Of a stretch of DNA of 64,000 nt, positions 1-12,544 are shown piece after piece; positions within the stretch are counted from its first letter, which is position 1, and every line of letters begins with the position of its first letter. Location of the stretch: positions 186,001-250,000 of the forward strand of contig NIVC01000469.1 of NCBI GenBank assembly GCA_002269645.1. Direction: 5' to 3'. The position numbers and the translations under genes are program-made. The notes below the pieces were generated by a model, which worked only from the letters and a program-made list of their open reading frames with translations, was not told the DNA's origin and made no database searches. This DNA comes from Macrostomum lignano (Eukaryota).

Positions 1-213
1 GCCCAGGCCGGACAGGACCTCGGTGAGGATGAGCACGCACTCGGAGTCGGCCAGCATCGGTTCGGATTCGCCGGCGATATCAAAGTCGCACTGGTAGAAT
101 TCCCTATAGCGGCCGCGGGTCATGGCTGGCTGGTCCCGTCTGTACACCGGGCCGATCTGGTAGCGCCGCATCGACTGCAGCTTGTTCATGGCCACGTAGC
201 GGGCGAACGGCAC
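1..213 (-). CDS. HARS: Histidyl-tRNA synthetase, second exon (runs off window)
   Basis: Manual translation [48 protein letters not shown] = class II motif 2 of HisRS; CAG acceptor at 216-214; joins exon 1 in phase 0 (RYDLT|VPFARY). Confidence 0.95.
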   Translation of the reverse strand, partial: MPFARYVAMNKLQSMRRYQIGPVYRRDQPAMTRGRYREFYQCDFDIAGESEPMLADSECVLILTEVLSGLG

Positions 214-224
214 CTGCGGGGGTG

Positions 225-2025
225 CGGGGGAAGCGACTGGGGGGGTTATGGAAATAGGGGAAGAGACTGAGGGATTATGGGGATAAAAGAAGCGACTAAG
301 GGATTATGAGGATAGTGGAAGCGACTGAGGGATTATGGGGATAAGGGAAGAGACTGAAGCGATTAGGGGAATATGGAAAGCGACTGAAGGGTTTTTGGGG
401 AAGCGACTGGGGGATTATGGGGATAGGGAAGAGACTGAAGGGATCAATGGGGATAGAGAAAGAGACTGAAGGGATTATGGGGATTGGGGAAGAGACGGAA
501 GGGATCAATGGGGATAAGGGAAGAGACCGAAGGGATCAATGGGGATAAGGGAAGAGACCGAAGGGATCAATGGGGATAAGGGAAGAGACTGAAGGGATCA
601 ATGGGGATAAGGGAAGAGACCGAAGGGATCAATGGGGATAAGGGAAGAGACCGAAGGGATCAATGGGGATAAGGGAAGAGACCGAAGGGATCAATGGGGA
701 TAAGGGAAGAGAACGAAGGGATTAATGGGGATAGAGAAAGAGACTGAAGGGATCAATGGGGATTGGGAAGAGACTGAAGGGATCAATGGGGATAAGGGAA
801 GAGACCGAAGGGATCAATGGGGATAAGGGAAGAGACTGAAGGGATCAATGGGGATAAGGGAAGAGACCGAAGGGATCAATGGGGATAAGGGAAGAGACTG
901 AAGGGATCAATGGGGATAAGGGAAGAGACTGAAGGGATCAATGGGGATAAGGGAAGAGACCGAAGGGATCAATGGGGATAAGGGAAGAGAACGAAGGGAT
1001 TAATGGGGATAGAGAAAGAGACTGAAGGGATCAATGGGGATTGGGAAGAGACTGAAGGGATCAATGGGGATAAGGGAAGAGACCGAAGGGATCAATGGGG
1101 ATAAGGGAAGAGACTGAAGGGATCAATGGGGATAAGGGAAGAGACCGAAGGGATCAATGGGGATAAGGGAAGAGACTGAAGGGATCAATGGGGATAAGGG
1201 AAGAGAACGAAGGGATCAATGGGGATAGAGAAAGAGACTGAAGGGATTATGGGGATTGGGAAGAGACTGAAGGGATCAATGGGGATAAGGGAAGAGACCG
1301 AAGGGATCAATGGGGATAAGGGAAGAGACCGAAGGGATCAATGGGGATAAGGGAAGAGAACGAAGGGATTAATGGGGATAGAGAAAGAGACTGAAGGGAT
1401 CAATGGGGATTGGGAAGAGACTGAAGGGATCAATGGGGATAAGGGAAGAGACCGAAGGGATCAATGGGGATAAGGGAAGAGACTGAAGGGATCAATGGGG
1501 ATAAGGGAAGAGACCGAAGGGATCAATGGGGATAAGGGAAGAGACTGAAGGGATCAATGGGGATAAGGGAAGAGACTGAAGGGATCAATGGGGATAAGGG
1601 AAGAGACCGAAGGGATCAATGGGGATAAGGGAAGAGAACGAAGGGATTAATGGGGATAGAGAAAGAGACTGAAGGGATCAATGGGGATTGGGAAGAGACT
1701 GAAGGGATCAATGGGGATAAGGGAAGAGACCGAAGGGATCAATGGGGATAAGGGAAGAGACTGAAGGGATCAATGGGGATAAGGGAAGAGACCGAAGGGA
1801 TCAATGGGGATAAGGGAAGAGACTGAAGGGATCAATGGGGATAAGGGAAGAGAACGAAGGGATCAATGGGGATAGAGAAAGAGACTGAAGGGATTATGGG
1901 GATTGGGAAGAGACTGAAGGGATCAATGGGGATAAGGGAAGAGACCGAAGGGATCAATGGGGATAAGGGAAGAGACTGAAGGGATTATGGGGATAAGGGA
2001 AGAGACTAGGGGATTATGGGGAACC
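225..2025. repeat. 31-bp purine-rich minisatellite filling the HisRS intron
   Basis: Unit GAAGGGATCAATGGGGATAAGGGAAGAGACY repeated head to tail with variant units. Confidence 0.95.
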
Positions 2026-2047
2026 ATGAACCAAAGCAGTGACTCAC

Positions 2048-2389
2048 GGTGAGATCATAACGCAGACTCAGCAGTTCACCCCCCTGATCGCAGATATCAT
2101 AGATCAGTTTAGAGTCCTCTCCATATTTGCCGGTGAGCACCTCCTTTAGCTCAGCGCCGGGTGTCTCCAAGCACTCGGCGTCGTGACTTTTGAAAACGCT
2201 AACAATTTTTTGCAGCACATCCTCGCGAACGGACATCTGCACTGGCGGGCGATCGTGCATGCCTTTGGGCACTTTCAGCACCAGCTTCTGGCGCTGCTGA
2301 GGCCGCTGCTGCTGCTGCTTGGACTTGTCGCCATCATCAGGCTGTGCAACAACAGGAGCTTCACTAACAACTGCAGCATCGCTAGACAT
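2048..2389 (-). CDS. HARS: Histidyl-tRNA synthetase, first coding exon (from first in-frame ATG; frame stays open upstream to 2566)
   Basis: Translation [12 protein letters not shown]...[35 protein letters not shown] matches the eukaryotic HisRS N-terminal catalytic region; GTGAGT donor at 2047-2042; no WHEP domain seen. Confidence 0.95.
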
Positions 2390-2659
2390 GATTCTAATGC
2401 GCCCGGTTGATTGGTTGCTAGGAAACAGTATTGATTTGGTAATCTGTGACGCTGCAACCGCTAGTTGTCTGATTGATGCCGGCTTGTATAGCAGGCTGGA
2501 GGTCAGTGTTGTAGCTATAGTTGCATGCAATGTAGAGAAATAGCTCAATGCTTGCTTGTTATAATTTTAGAATGAGCTCTACTGGTGTGGTGGCCTGTGG
2601 GACATTAAACTAGCACTAGGGGCGCTGTGGGTTGAACATCATTGATAAAGATAGATCTA

Positions 2660-2947
2660 TAGATAGATGGATAGATATTAGATAGATAGATAGATAGGTA
2701 GATAGATAGGTAGATAGATAGATAGGTAGATAGATAGGTAGATAGATAGATAGGTAGATAGGTAGATAGATAGATAGGTAGATAGATAGGTAGATAGATA
2801 GGTAGATAGGTAGGTAGATAGATAGGTAGATAGATAGATAGGTAGATAGATAGATAGGTAGATAGATAGATAGGTAGATAGGTAGATAGATAGATAGGTA
2901 GATAGATAGATAGATAGGTAGATAGATAGGTAGATAGATAGGTAGAT
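2660..2947. repeat. (GATA/GGTA)n microsatellite
   Basis: Direct inspection. Confidence 0.95.
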
Positions 2948-3192
2948 ACAAGCAGCAGACTGGACATAAGCTACAAAATGCAGAAATAAATGTCAAACAC
3001 CAACTCCGCACAAATTCCATCAGCAGAGCTATTTCAAGGCTAAGCAAACGCACTCTACTCTTAAGTGTGGCAGCGTGTCAACTCAATGTATTGATCAGTT
3101 GCTGTAGCCAAACAGCCACTACAATCAAGCTTAACGCAGCAATCATTTGAACACAAATGAGCAAGCTGTCAGTCAGGAACTGGCCCCACAAT

Positions 3193-3465
<273 letters not shown>

Positions 3466-4241
3466 TCAGCCAAGCCAACCCTGCGGCTAAGGATTTGGCC
3501 CCCTTTTTTCAATATGCAATGGCTTGGCCAAGTGGGTTTAGCATATCTTTATATTATTGTCCATTAAAACATGACTTGCAGTGATAATTATACATTATGT
3601 CCTTAGAATTTTTAATAAACTTGTTTTTTATTGCTATTCCATTTAAACAAGAAAATGAAGTTAAGATAAACATTTCTTATGAAAATTGGACCAACAATAG
3701 AGATTCTTTGTCTTTGTGTCAATATTCTACTATAGATATCAACATGAGAACAAATCTTAATGTTTCCTCTTATAAAAAATCTACTATATAAAGGAAAAAT
3801 TACATATTTTATAAAGCTGTTTTAATATTTTTCAGAATGCCTATAGTTTAGTTTTTCCAACTGGCTATTGAAAAGTTATTATAAACATTTTATTAATGTC
3901 AACTTATATAGACAAATTAAAAAAGCAAATAATGAGTAACATATCAAATATTGAAAATGTCAAAATATTAATGCTTAAACACTTAAGCATCGAATGTAAC
4001 AAAGAAGTATATGAATTCAGATTGATTTGACACCAAGAACATCAATTTTATTCCTTATATTAAAACTTCTCTAAAGGGTTTTTGCATATCCTGTAAACAA
4101 ACTTTAAAAAGCTGTTTAAAAATTTTATTGTTATTCTTGGACTTAACCACTTGTGGTGGGCTTTGTTTTAATCTGAATAGAATTGAATTGAAACTTTGAG
4201 CAATCTTTAATGTTTGTAATAAAATAAACAATTGTCATAAA

Positions 4242-4528
4242 CATACATGCGCAACAGTCGGCCAATCTGGCTGACTAATTTGGCGGCCAACCAAGGTAAG
4301 TTGCAAAAATGCCAACCCAAAAAATACCTAAGTAGTACTAAGTAGATGACGAGGCATTTTGCCTTAATAAGATAGTTACTCCTGCTGTTTACCCAAAGTT
4401 GTGTTAATTTTGCCTGAGGGCTTCTTTTATATGTAGCTTGTAAGTTGCATTTTTGGCCAAAAACTACGTTGCATTTTTGTTAAAACTAAGTTGCACAGTT
4501 GACAGATTTTGGAGGTTGCACATGTATG
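4242..4528. mobile_element. 287-bp MITE with 8-bp TSD (hAT- or P-superfamily-like)
   Basis: TIR CATACATGCGCAAC / GTTGCACATGTATG; TSD GTCATAAA at 4234-4241 and 4529-4536. Confidence 0.85.
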
Positions 4529-5329
4529 GTCATAAAGATACTATAACTATACTAAATAAACTTGCCTCCTATTGGAATAAATGCACATATGGCATATGAT
4601 TATCCACCATACAAAGTTGTTAAATTTTGGTGCCTAAAATTTAAGCACCACACTATTACAAAATTTGCTATATTCATATATAAAATTTGCCACACCTAAG
4701 CATAATATTTATAAACCTGTATTGCATACCCATAGGATCTGAAATTGTATTCCAATAGGCCATAGTTAGGAAGGTGTCCTATACATTAGAATTTTCTAGT
4801 GTGCATTAGCCCTTCATAGTTCATTAGGCCTAGCATATATATTTAGCATGCATGAATCTTAAAAAAGTTGTATTTGGCATATAAGAAGTGATAAACAAAG
4901 CTATTTGAAAATAAGCACAAATATTGTAACAAAGCTTTAACAAAGTTTTACTACACAAAAGGTAGAACATTTTGAAGAAAAAGGTTGCAGTTATAAAGTG
5001 AGTGATAATTTATGTATTAGAATGGTATTTAATTGAAGTTTTTGTAAAGGAGAAATAGACACAACACTTATTTTGTTATAATGTACATTTAATATCAAAC
5101 ATAACAATGGAAAAAATTATTTGATTGTTGCAATGCAAAAAGGTTCTTTATTGTTGCAACACAAAAATAATGTCACATAATTTTGAAATTTTGGTGTACA
5201 TGACAAAGACAAAGTCACATTTGACTTTATCTTAATCTTTCCCTCCTAGTCTATCAATATTAACCATGAGCCATAATTACTAATAAGTGATAACTACTAC
5301 CAATTGTGGGTTTATTTTTTGTGTGCAGA

Positions 5330-5870
5330 CATATATGCCCAACACCCACATACATGCGCAACCTTGGGAATCACCTAGCCATTTCTATTGGCAACATATA
5401 CATGTATGTTGCTATTGGCTAAGAGCAGTCACGTGACTACTATTCCATCCAATAGCAACTTACATGTGTGTGTTGCAAATAGAAATGGCCAGGTGAATCC
5501 CTAGGTTGCGCCCAAGCATGAACACTCATCCAACCTGTCTGAACCAGATGGGTGAAATGGCCACCGGCCAAGGTAAGTTACAAAATTGAAAATGTGATAA
5601 ATGAAAATTTGGGGATAGAAAGAAATTAAAAGAAGAGAAAGGGAAAAGAAAGAAGGGAGAAAAGAGAGGGGAAAGAGGAGAGAGAAAGAGAAAGAGAAGA
5701 AAAGAGAAAAAGGCAAGAAAAGTCATATACAAAGTGAAAATTAAGTTGCAATTGGGAGAACTAAGTCAAAATTGAGAGGAACTAAGTTGCAATCAGGAGG
5801 AACTAAGTCACAAATCTGGACAAATCTAAGTTGCACTAGACAGGTAAAATTTTGAGGTTGGGCATATATG
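5330..5870. mobile_element. Related MITE with nested palindromic element
   Basis: TIR CATATATGCCCAAC / GTTGGGCATATATG; degenerate 8-bp flanks TGTGCAGA / TGCACAGA; internal CATACATGCGCAAC end at 5349 and inverted repeat ~5356-5510; shares AAGTTGCA motifs with the 4242 element. Confidence 0.65.
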
Positions 5871-6569
5871 TGCACAGAGTGTGCATATGCACCCTAAATT
5901 TTAAAATTGCACTCTGAATGAAAAGTGGATGCAGTTTAGGTGTAGTCTCATAACCTTTTTTCCATTGAAGCCTTATTTGCACTGCCTTTAACTAAGAAAA
6001 AGGAGAAGTTGCATTCTGAGCCTTAAATTGCATTCTGAAAATGAGCATAGGGTGCAATTTTGCACTTTGTCTCTGGCAAAAAAGAAAACCCTGTACCAAT
6101 CGTACTGTGGTAAAGTTGCGCGTCTGAGAAAAAGTAGAATTAAGAAGGTGAGCGAGTCTGACAATGCCTGACGCGAGGCGAAACATGTCGCATACAAAAT
6201 GATAATGCTCACCTTCTTAATTCTACCTGTACCAATCCTATCAATCCCTTCATTTGTAAGCCCTTAATTATAGCATAAAGAACCAATTGAATTCCTGTAT
6301 GCAATGTACATAGCATAGGCCAAAAATATTATTATTAGTATATATTTACAGGTAATTGCCAAGTTTCATTCATTAAATTATTTTGACTCTAGAAAAGTAC
6401 TGTACAAACTATTTTAAGTACAGCATAGCATGCAGCATAGCCTTGCTAAATTTAGGACTTTACTTTGGGTTATTTGTTATTTGTCAACTTGTTAAAGATC
6501 ATTGATGTTTAGACTTGACCATAGACCCCTTTTTAAGTAAAAAAATGTTCAAATGTTCTTGCCATAGAC

Positions 6570-9132
6570 CAAGGGTTAGCAAACTTTTCAGTGCAGGCCA
6601 GATTGGACAAGGACAACTAGCTGAGATGGCAAGCCAGAAAAAAATACACAACAAATTAAGGCTATAAATGACAATTTGGTATCTTACAGAATTGTTTGAT
6701 AAATTATTTTTTGCTTATATTTGATTATTTTTTAATTTTAGAGTAAAAAATATGAAACAAGTGAAAAATCCAATAGTTTAACATATACTGGCAGCTAAAT
6801 TGTTTGTTATAGTCAATTGCTACATTATGATATGAGGTTACTACTTGAAAGTTAAACAGTGGCACAATCCAACTTTAGGCCACTAGTCATCTAGCTATCC
6901 AAAGAGTAGTAGTCCAAAATCAGAAAAGTAAGCAATGGCTTAACTTGAATCCTAGTATTGGTAGCTTGGCAGCTAATTTTTCAATCTTAAATGCATCTCC
7001 CTTTAAAAGTTCTCCTAGCCCTACATTGTCACAGCCTTTTGACCATATATATGCATATTAATACTTTGTATGCATAAAACTAATACTATTTTAAGAATTC
7101 CTGATATCAGTGCACAAATTCAAATATTGTAGAGAGATGTCTTGGATAAAATTACCTAATGACACTATTACCCAACATTAAAGTAGTACCCTTGTGTCGT
7201 AATATATCAATTGTCTATAACAAACAATTTAGCTGCCAGTACATGTTAAACTATTAGATCATTCACTTGTTTCATATGGTCCGTCTGTGTCTATCTATGT
7301 GATAGATTAAAGAAAGAATGGCTCAACCAATTTTCTTCAAACTTGCACAGTTTGATTAGAAATTTTTCTATGACGGTACATGCAACATGGCTAAGAAATT
7401 GCTCATTACTAAAGGGATTAAATATTCATCAAACATGCTTTTTGCAAAGGTCAAATAGCTCTTTCAACTTGAAATTCATTGTAAGAATGCTAAGAAAAAA
7501 CTGACTAGTTGAATTCTAATTCTAAAATAGATTGCATCATAATAGGCTTTTTATTTATTGTCTATATACTGGCTGAATTTTGACACTGAATTGAACTGTG
7601 TCACAGTATTGAAAACACAGTAGGGGCCCATGGAAGCATAGCACAATACTTGATTTATATTGCATAACCATATTGCTAACTTTAATAAAGATTGGTACTG
7701 ACTTACCTAAGAAATTGATTATGTCATAACTGCTTTGTGTGACTTTTACTCAATTGACTTGGTGTGAGTATTGAATTATAAGTGCTACAAATTCATTTAT
7801 AAACTCAATGAGAACTAGCTTAGATGTGAATGCACTGGACTACTAATGCAACATTCAATAACCAGGGTTTGAATCTTAGTAGGGTAAAAGTAGTTTAATT
7901 TTTTATTGAAAGCTTTTATTAAAGAGCTAATTAAAAAGATTTATATTACCAAGGATTACTGCACTTGAGTGACTAAGGATTACTGCACTTGAGTGACTAA
8001 GGATTACTGCACTTGATAGACCAAAGATTACTGCACCTAAAATACCAAGTATTACTTTACTTGATAGACTAAGGATTATTATACTTGATAAACTAAAGAT
8101 TATTGCACTTGATAAACCAAGGATTCTTTTTATCTAGGGATGCTTACTATCTACAGAATGTTTACTATCTGGGTGGATACTTGCTATCTAGGTGGATGCT
8201 TGATATCTAGGGGGATACTTGCTATCTAGGTAAATACTTGTTATCTAGGTAGATACTTGCTATCTGGGTAGATGCTTGCTATCTAGGTAGATATTTGCTA
8301 TCTAGGTAGATGCTCATTATCTGGGTGGATGCTTGCTCTCTAGGGGATGTTTTCTATTTAGGGGGAATGTCTATTATTGTTATGAAACATTATGACTATG
8401 TTATTGTCTTTCTATTAAGTTTAGAAAAAAGAAAGATTCATAGTAAACATCAGTGTCCATGACAATTGTACTCAAATAAAGTGATTTATAAAACTGAAGA
8501 TTAGAAGGAATTGGTTCTTGACTTAAGTCAAGAAACTGTGCTTTTTTAATTGTTTTCCATGAACTATTTCTGCTCCTTGCTTTGCTTATTGGGCACCCCA
8601 AAGGAGGGCCACACTAGATTGCTAGTTTGGACTCTAAAAATAGAAAGGAATCAAATTCTAACAAAAAATAATTTAATGAACAATTCTATAGGATAGCCAA
8701 CAATTTTAGATGTTAGACCAAATACAACCAACAATACCACAGTTGAAATTGACATAGGAATTTTTAAGGTGAAAGATAATTTTGCTTGTAAAGTTGAATG
8801 TTTTAACACAAAATTGATTTGTTAGCCATTTTTACATTGTTTAACAATTTGACAATCATTATTCGCATTTTTATGCAGAACAATCCATTACTACAAACAA
8901 TGCATTGTTTTTAGGATCGTCAAACAGAAAAACAATGCAAAGAATCAGCGGTCGCAGCACGTGACAACGATTTGTCTATGGCTCGCGCCTACTGGCGCTC
9001 GCCAGACAATTGTTGTCACGCACTGGGACTGCTGATTATTTATCCATTGTTAGATAGTAAGAGTGCCGCAGGCTGGACTTAAAGATGTTGCATGCCGGAT
9101 CTGGCCCGCAGACCGCAGTTTACCAACCCATG
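6570..9132. mobile_element. Non-autonomous or decayed hAT (Buster/Charlie-type) element, 2563 bp
   Basis: Ends CAAGGGTTAGCAAAC / GTTTACCAACCCATG (12/15 inverted match), subterminal GGCC motifs, perfect 8-bp TSD CCATAGAC (central TA) at 6562-6569 and 9133-9140; no transposase ORF. Confidence 0.8.
6750..7277. mobile_element. Nested element with ~80-bp inverted repeats
   Basis: 6750-6830 is the reverse complement of 7197-7277 (ATATGAAACAAGTGAA...CTGGCAGCTAAATTGTTTGTTATAG); no clear TSD. Confidence 0.6.
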
Positions 9133-9733
9133 CCATAGACTATTGTAGCTTTCTAGTGTCAGATATATTAGGCCCGATAACAAATTCCTATGGTCACCGT
9201 GGGGATAAACTGCCAAAAGTTAAAGACAAATTTATATTTTCATAGGGGGGGGGGCTAACTTGTTTGCCCTAATTAATTAAACCCAAGCCAAGATCGAAAG
9301 AAAGTAAACTCAGAAAGCTTTGGCCTAGGCCAACATGACTTACGCCCTATTATAATTTAGACTTAGGATCATGCGCGTGCAGTGACGAAATAACGAGCGT
9401 ATTTTTAAATTTAACAAAATTTTACGCTTTTATAATTTATAAAGGTAAATAAATTAAACAAAACTTAGAATGAACTCTAAAAACACTTTCACTTGAAATT
9501 ATAACACACTTCCATTCAAAAATAATTTAAAGAAAAGACTCTCCTAACTTTACTTGACCGCTGTGAATGCATATCTATTTAACAAGTTATTTTTATACCT
9601 ACCAAAAATACATCAAGTTTTTATATACGCGCAGTGGGCTACAATTAAAAAAATCTCGGTTGTTTTCAGGAATTTAAAGCTGTAAAAGTTCGAGACGAAT
9701 TCTAATAAAGAATAATCATATACATATACTGCC

Positions 9734-10431
9734 CAAGGACGACTTAAGTAGAAGGACGGGAAACCTCGTTTCTTAGAAAATTTTTGAAGGCACTTTTTCC
9801 CGAAAAAATACACTACGGAGATAGGAAATTTTCATTTTTTCAGCACAAAAATTGCTATTACTTTTGATAGGAGGCAGATCCAGTGCTCATCTTTTGATAT
9901 GCTGTGCCTTTTTTATTGCTCTATCGATATTTATAAAGCTTTTAGTTCAGAAAATTAGGATTCTATGTCAATTTTTTATTCTACGTACATTTCCTGTATC
10001 TGAAAATCACAAAAATGCATGACACAGCTCCAATATTTGCTTTTATGAACCTATTTTATCATCTCTGTTACAAATATTTGCTAAACAGTCAGTTAAGAAT
10101 GATAAAATAGACTTCTAAAACCAAAGAGCCGAGCCGTGGCATTCTAATGTATTTCAATCACAAGACACGTGAAAATATACGGAGAATAAAAAATTTACAT
10201 AGAATCCTAATTTTCTGAACTAAAAGCTTTATAGATATCGATAGAGCAATAAAAAAGGCACAACATATCAAAAGATGAGCACTGGATCTGCCTCCTATCA
10301 AAAGTAATAGCAATTTTTGTGCTGAAAAAATGAAAATTTCCTATCTCCGTAGTGTATTTTTTCGGGAAAAAGTGCCTTCAAAAATTTTCTAAGAAACGAG
10401 GTTTCCCGTCCTTCTACTTAAGTCGTCCTTG
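9734..10431. mobile_element. 698-bp foldback MITE, ~255-bp TIRs, 8-bp TSD (P-superfamily-like termini)
   Basis: CAAGGACGACTTAAGTAGAAGG...CCTTCTACTTAAGTCGTCCTTG; TSD ATACTGCC at 9726-9733 and 10432-10439. Confidence 0.9.
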
Positions 10432-11398
10432 ATACTGCCACGCAGTCACTTGTCAAGCTCGGACAGCTAAAAGGGTAATGCATAAATTTCGACGGAAAGT
10501 TCTTGTGGTTTTCTAAAACACATGATTTCACTCACTCAGAAGCAGATATCAAGCAACTTTAGTCCCTAAAAAAGCTCTCGCCTCAAAGTCATCTGCCAAC
10601 CTACTAACACTGATCATTTGCTGGCCTAATAAATAGGCCATTAGATCGGCCTTTTGGTTCTTCATCGGAGTGGAAGGATTTGTTTGCCAGAGAGTTCGAC
10701 AGCGTTAGAATAGGTGATAATCGGATGGAGCGGTGTCAGGGCTGTAAAGTGGATGAGGCAGAATGCTTGATCACCTTAGCTTATTTCTATGGTCGCCGAA
10801 TTTTTTAAAATGAAAGTAAGCGTAGTTTTGGCGCGGCTTGTCTAGTCGAGGCCAAGTAGAAGTTTACATTAGCGAGCAAATACGGCGGGGCGAGATGCTG
10901 CTAAACCATGGTTAAAGCCCAAGTGGATGCCAACTTAGCCCCTAAATTGAAGCGATCGATGTAACAGAGCAGCGCTTCAACTGTAGCTCTAACTGTTTCG
11001 CTAGTAAGATTAACTAGCGAAAGTGCCGCTCTGATACATGTAACACCGCTTCCATTTCGGAACTTAGTTGACATCCTCTTTAATGTTACTTTCACTAATG
11101 TCAGTAATTCCCGGGGTACGAGATAACCCCCGTGACTGCTCAACGAGCTTGGGCTTGTGCAGTCAGCCAGCAACGTATGAATGTAGGTGCGTCTGTGCTG
11201 CACCAATCGCGTCTCATCGACGATCACCACGGTAGCATATTTCTATCTTCTATTCAGTAGCATTTGTAGCATAAAGAGTCATGCATATTTAAGAAGCATT
11301 ATATTATCATCGAAAGAGATTATCTATTGCTCATATTTCCAGCTAGGGTTTTGGTCAAGGCTCAGCGCTTTCCTTGGGCGTTCACGCCCATACAAGAT

Positions 11399-11614
11399 TC
11401 ATTCCGGCGCCGATGCGCGGCGTCGTTTCAGAATGCCGCCCAGCAGTCCGCGGTTATTCCGCTTCGAGTTGCTTAATTCGTCGCTTCCAGAAAGTTGCGC
11501 TCTTGTTCCACAACAAGACGACGCATCTTGAAAGCCCGAATACGAATGCAGTAGTTGCTACCAGCGTAGGAGGGAGCACACAGTTGTTGTTGATTTGTAT
11601 CGGACGTTTGACAT
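11399..11614 (-). pseudogene. Disrupted paralog of the secreted prepropeptide at 24356-24586
   Basis: ATG 11614; two compensating 1-nt indels (~11565, ~11528) restore MSNVRYKSTTTVCSLL-LVATTAFVFGLSDASSCCGTRAQLSGSDELSNSKRNNRGLLGGILKRRRASAPE*; as written, the ATG frame stops at TAG 11560-11558. Confidence 0.65.
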
Positions 11615-11901
11615 GCTCGAAAAACAAGTTGAGCCGCTGGCGGACGAGCGTGTCATCGAAGCGGCACTCTATAATAGCAGCGCCGGCCTGGTACGTCCAA
11701 GTGAACTGTAGCGCCGTTGATGACTCCAGTTGGCGGGCAGACAAAATCATCCACGCCGAATTAATCAACTTGACATTTTGTCAAGTGTCTTCTGGCTGAC
11801 TTCAGCGACTTGGACTCTGTTGGTTAATGTTTTCTCCCAGACACTTGGGTGCGCCCTGAGACGCTGTTTTTATGACCTTGCAGTTTATGATCAGCTTTTA
11901 T

Positions 11902-12323
11902 TATAGTATTTGTCATGCTATCTCAGCCTAGAGACATCCAAACTCAGCCAGCCCATCTCAACAGTGCGATTTTTTACGTAAGCCAGTCAAGTTTTACCAT
12001 AGACATGCTTCTTAAGGCCATGCTATCTCAGCCTGGGACATGCAATCTCAGCCACTTTTCAGATTCTTACTGACTTTTCTTGCTGCGTTCATTCATTGCT
12101 GTTTGTTGCCATTTCATGTCACGTTACAGAAATGATAGCATTGAGATCTGTTTGCAATTGAAATCTATATTGGCTGAGATTGCATGTCCCAGGCTGAGAT
12201 AGCATGGCCTTAAGAAGCATGTCTATGGTAAAACTCGACTAGCTCGAGCCAAAAAACGCATTGCGGAATGGGGCTGGCTGAGTTTGGATGTCCCTAGGCT
12301 GAGATAGCATGACAAAAGCTATA
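11902..12323. mobile_element. ~420-bp MITE with ~150-bp TIRs
   Basis: 11902-12054 inverted against 12172-12323 (TTTGTCATGCTATCTCAGCC...); possible TA TSD. Confidence 0.75.
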
Positions 12324-12544
12324 TTAATCAGCCTTTATAGATTATAATTTATAAACCATTATCGCAAAAATGCACTAAGGATGGTCTCGCCCACCGCCTG
12401 GAGCAATGTCTGCAGAACTTGCCCATCACAGAACGAGAGGCAGCATAGAAAAAACAGGACAACATGTTGAAGTGAAATTTTTTGCTATTATTGAATTCTA
12501 AATACGGCCTAGATAGAATATGTAGCAGTCTTTTTAGAAATCTT

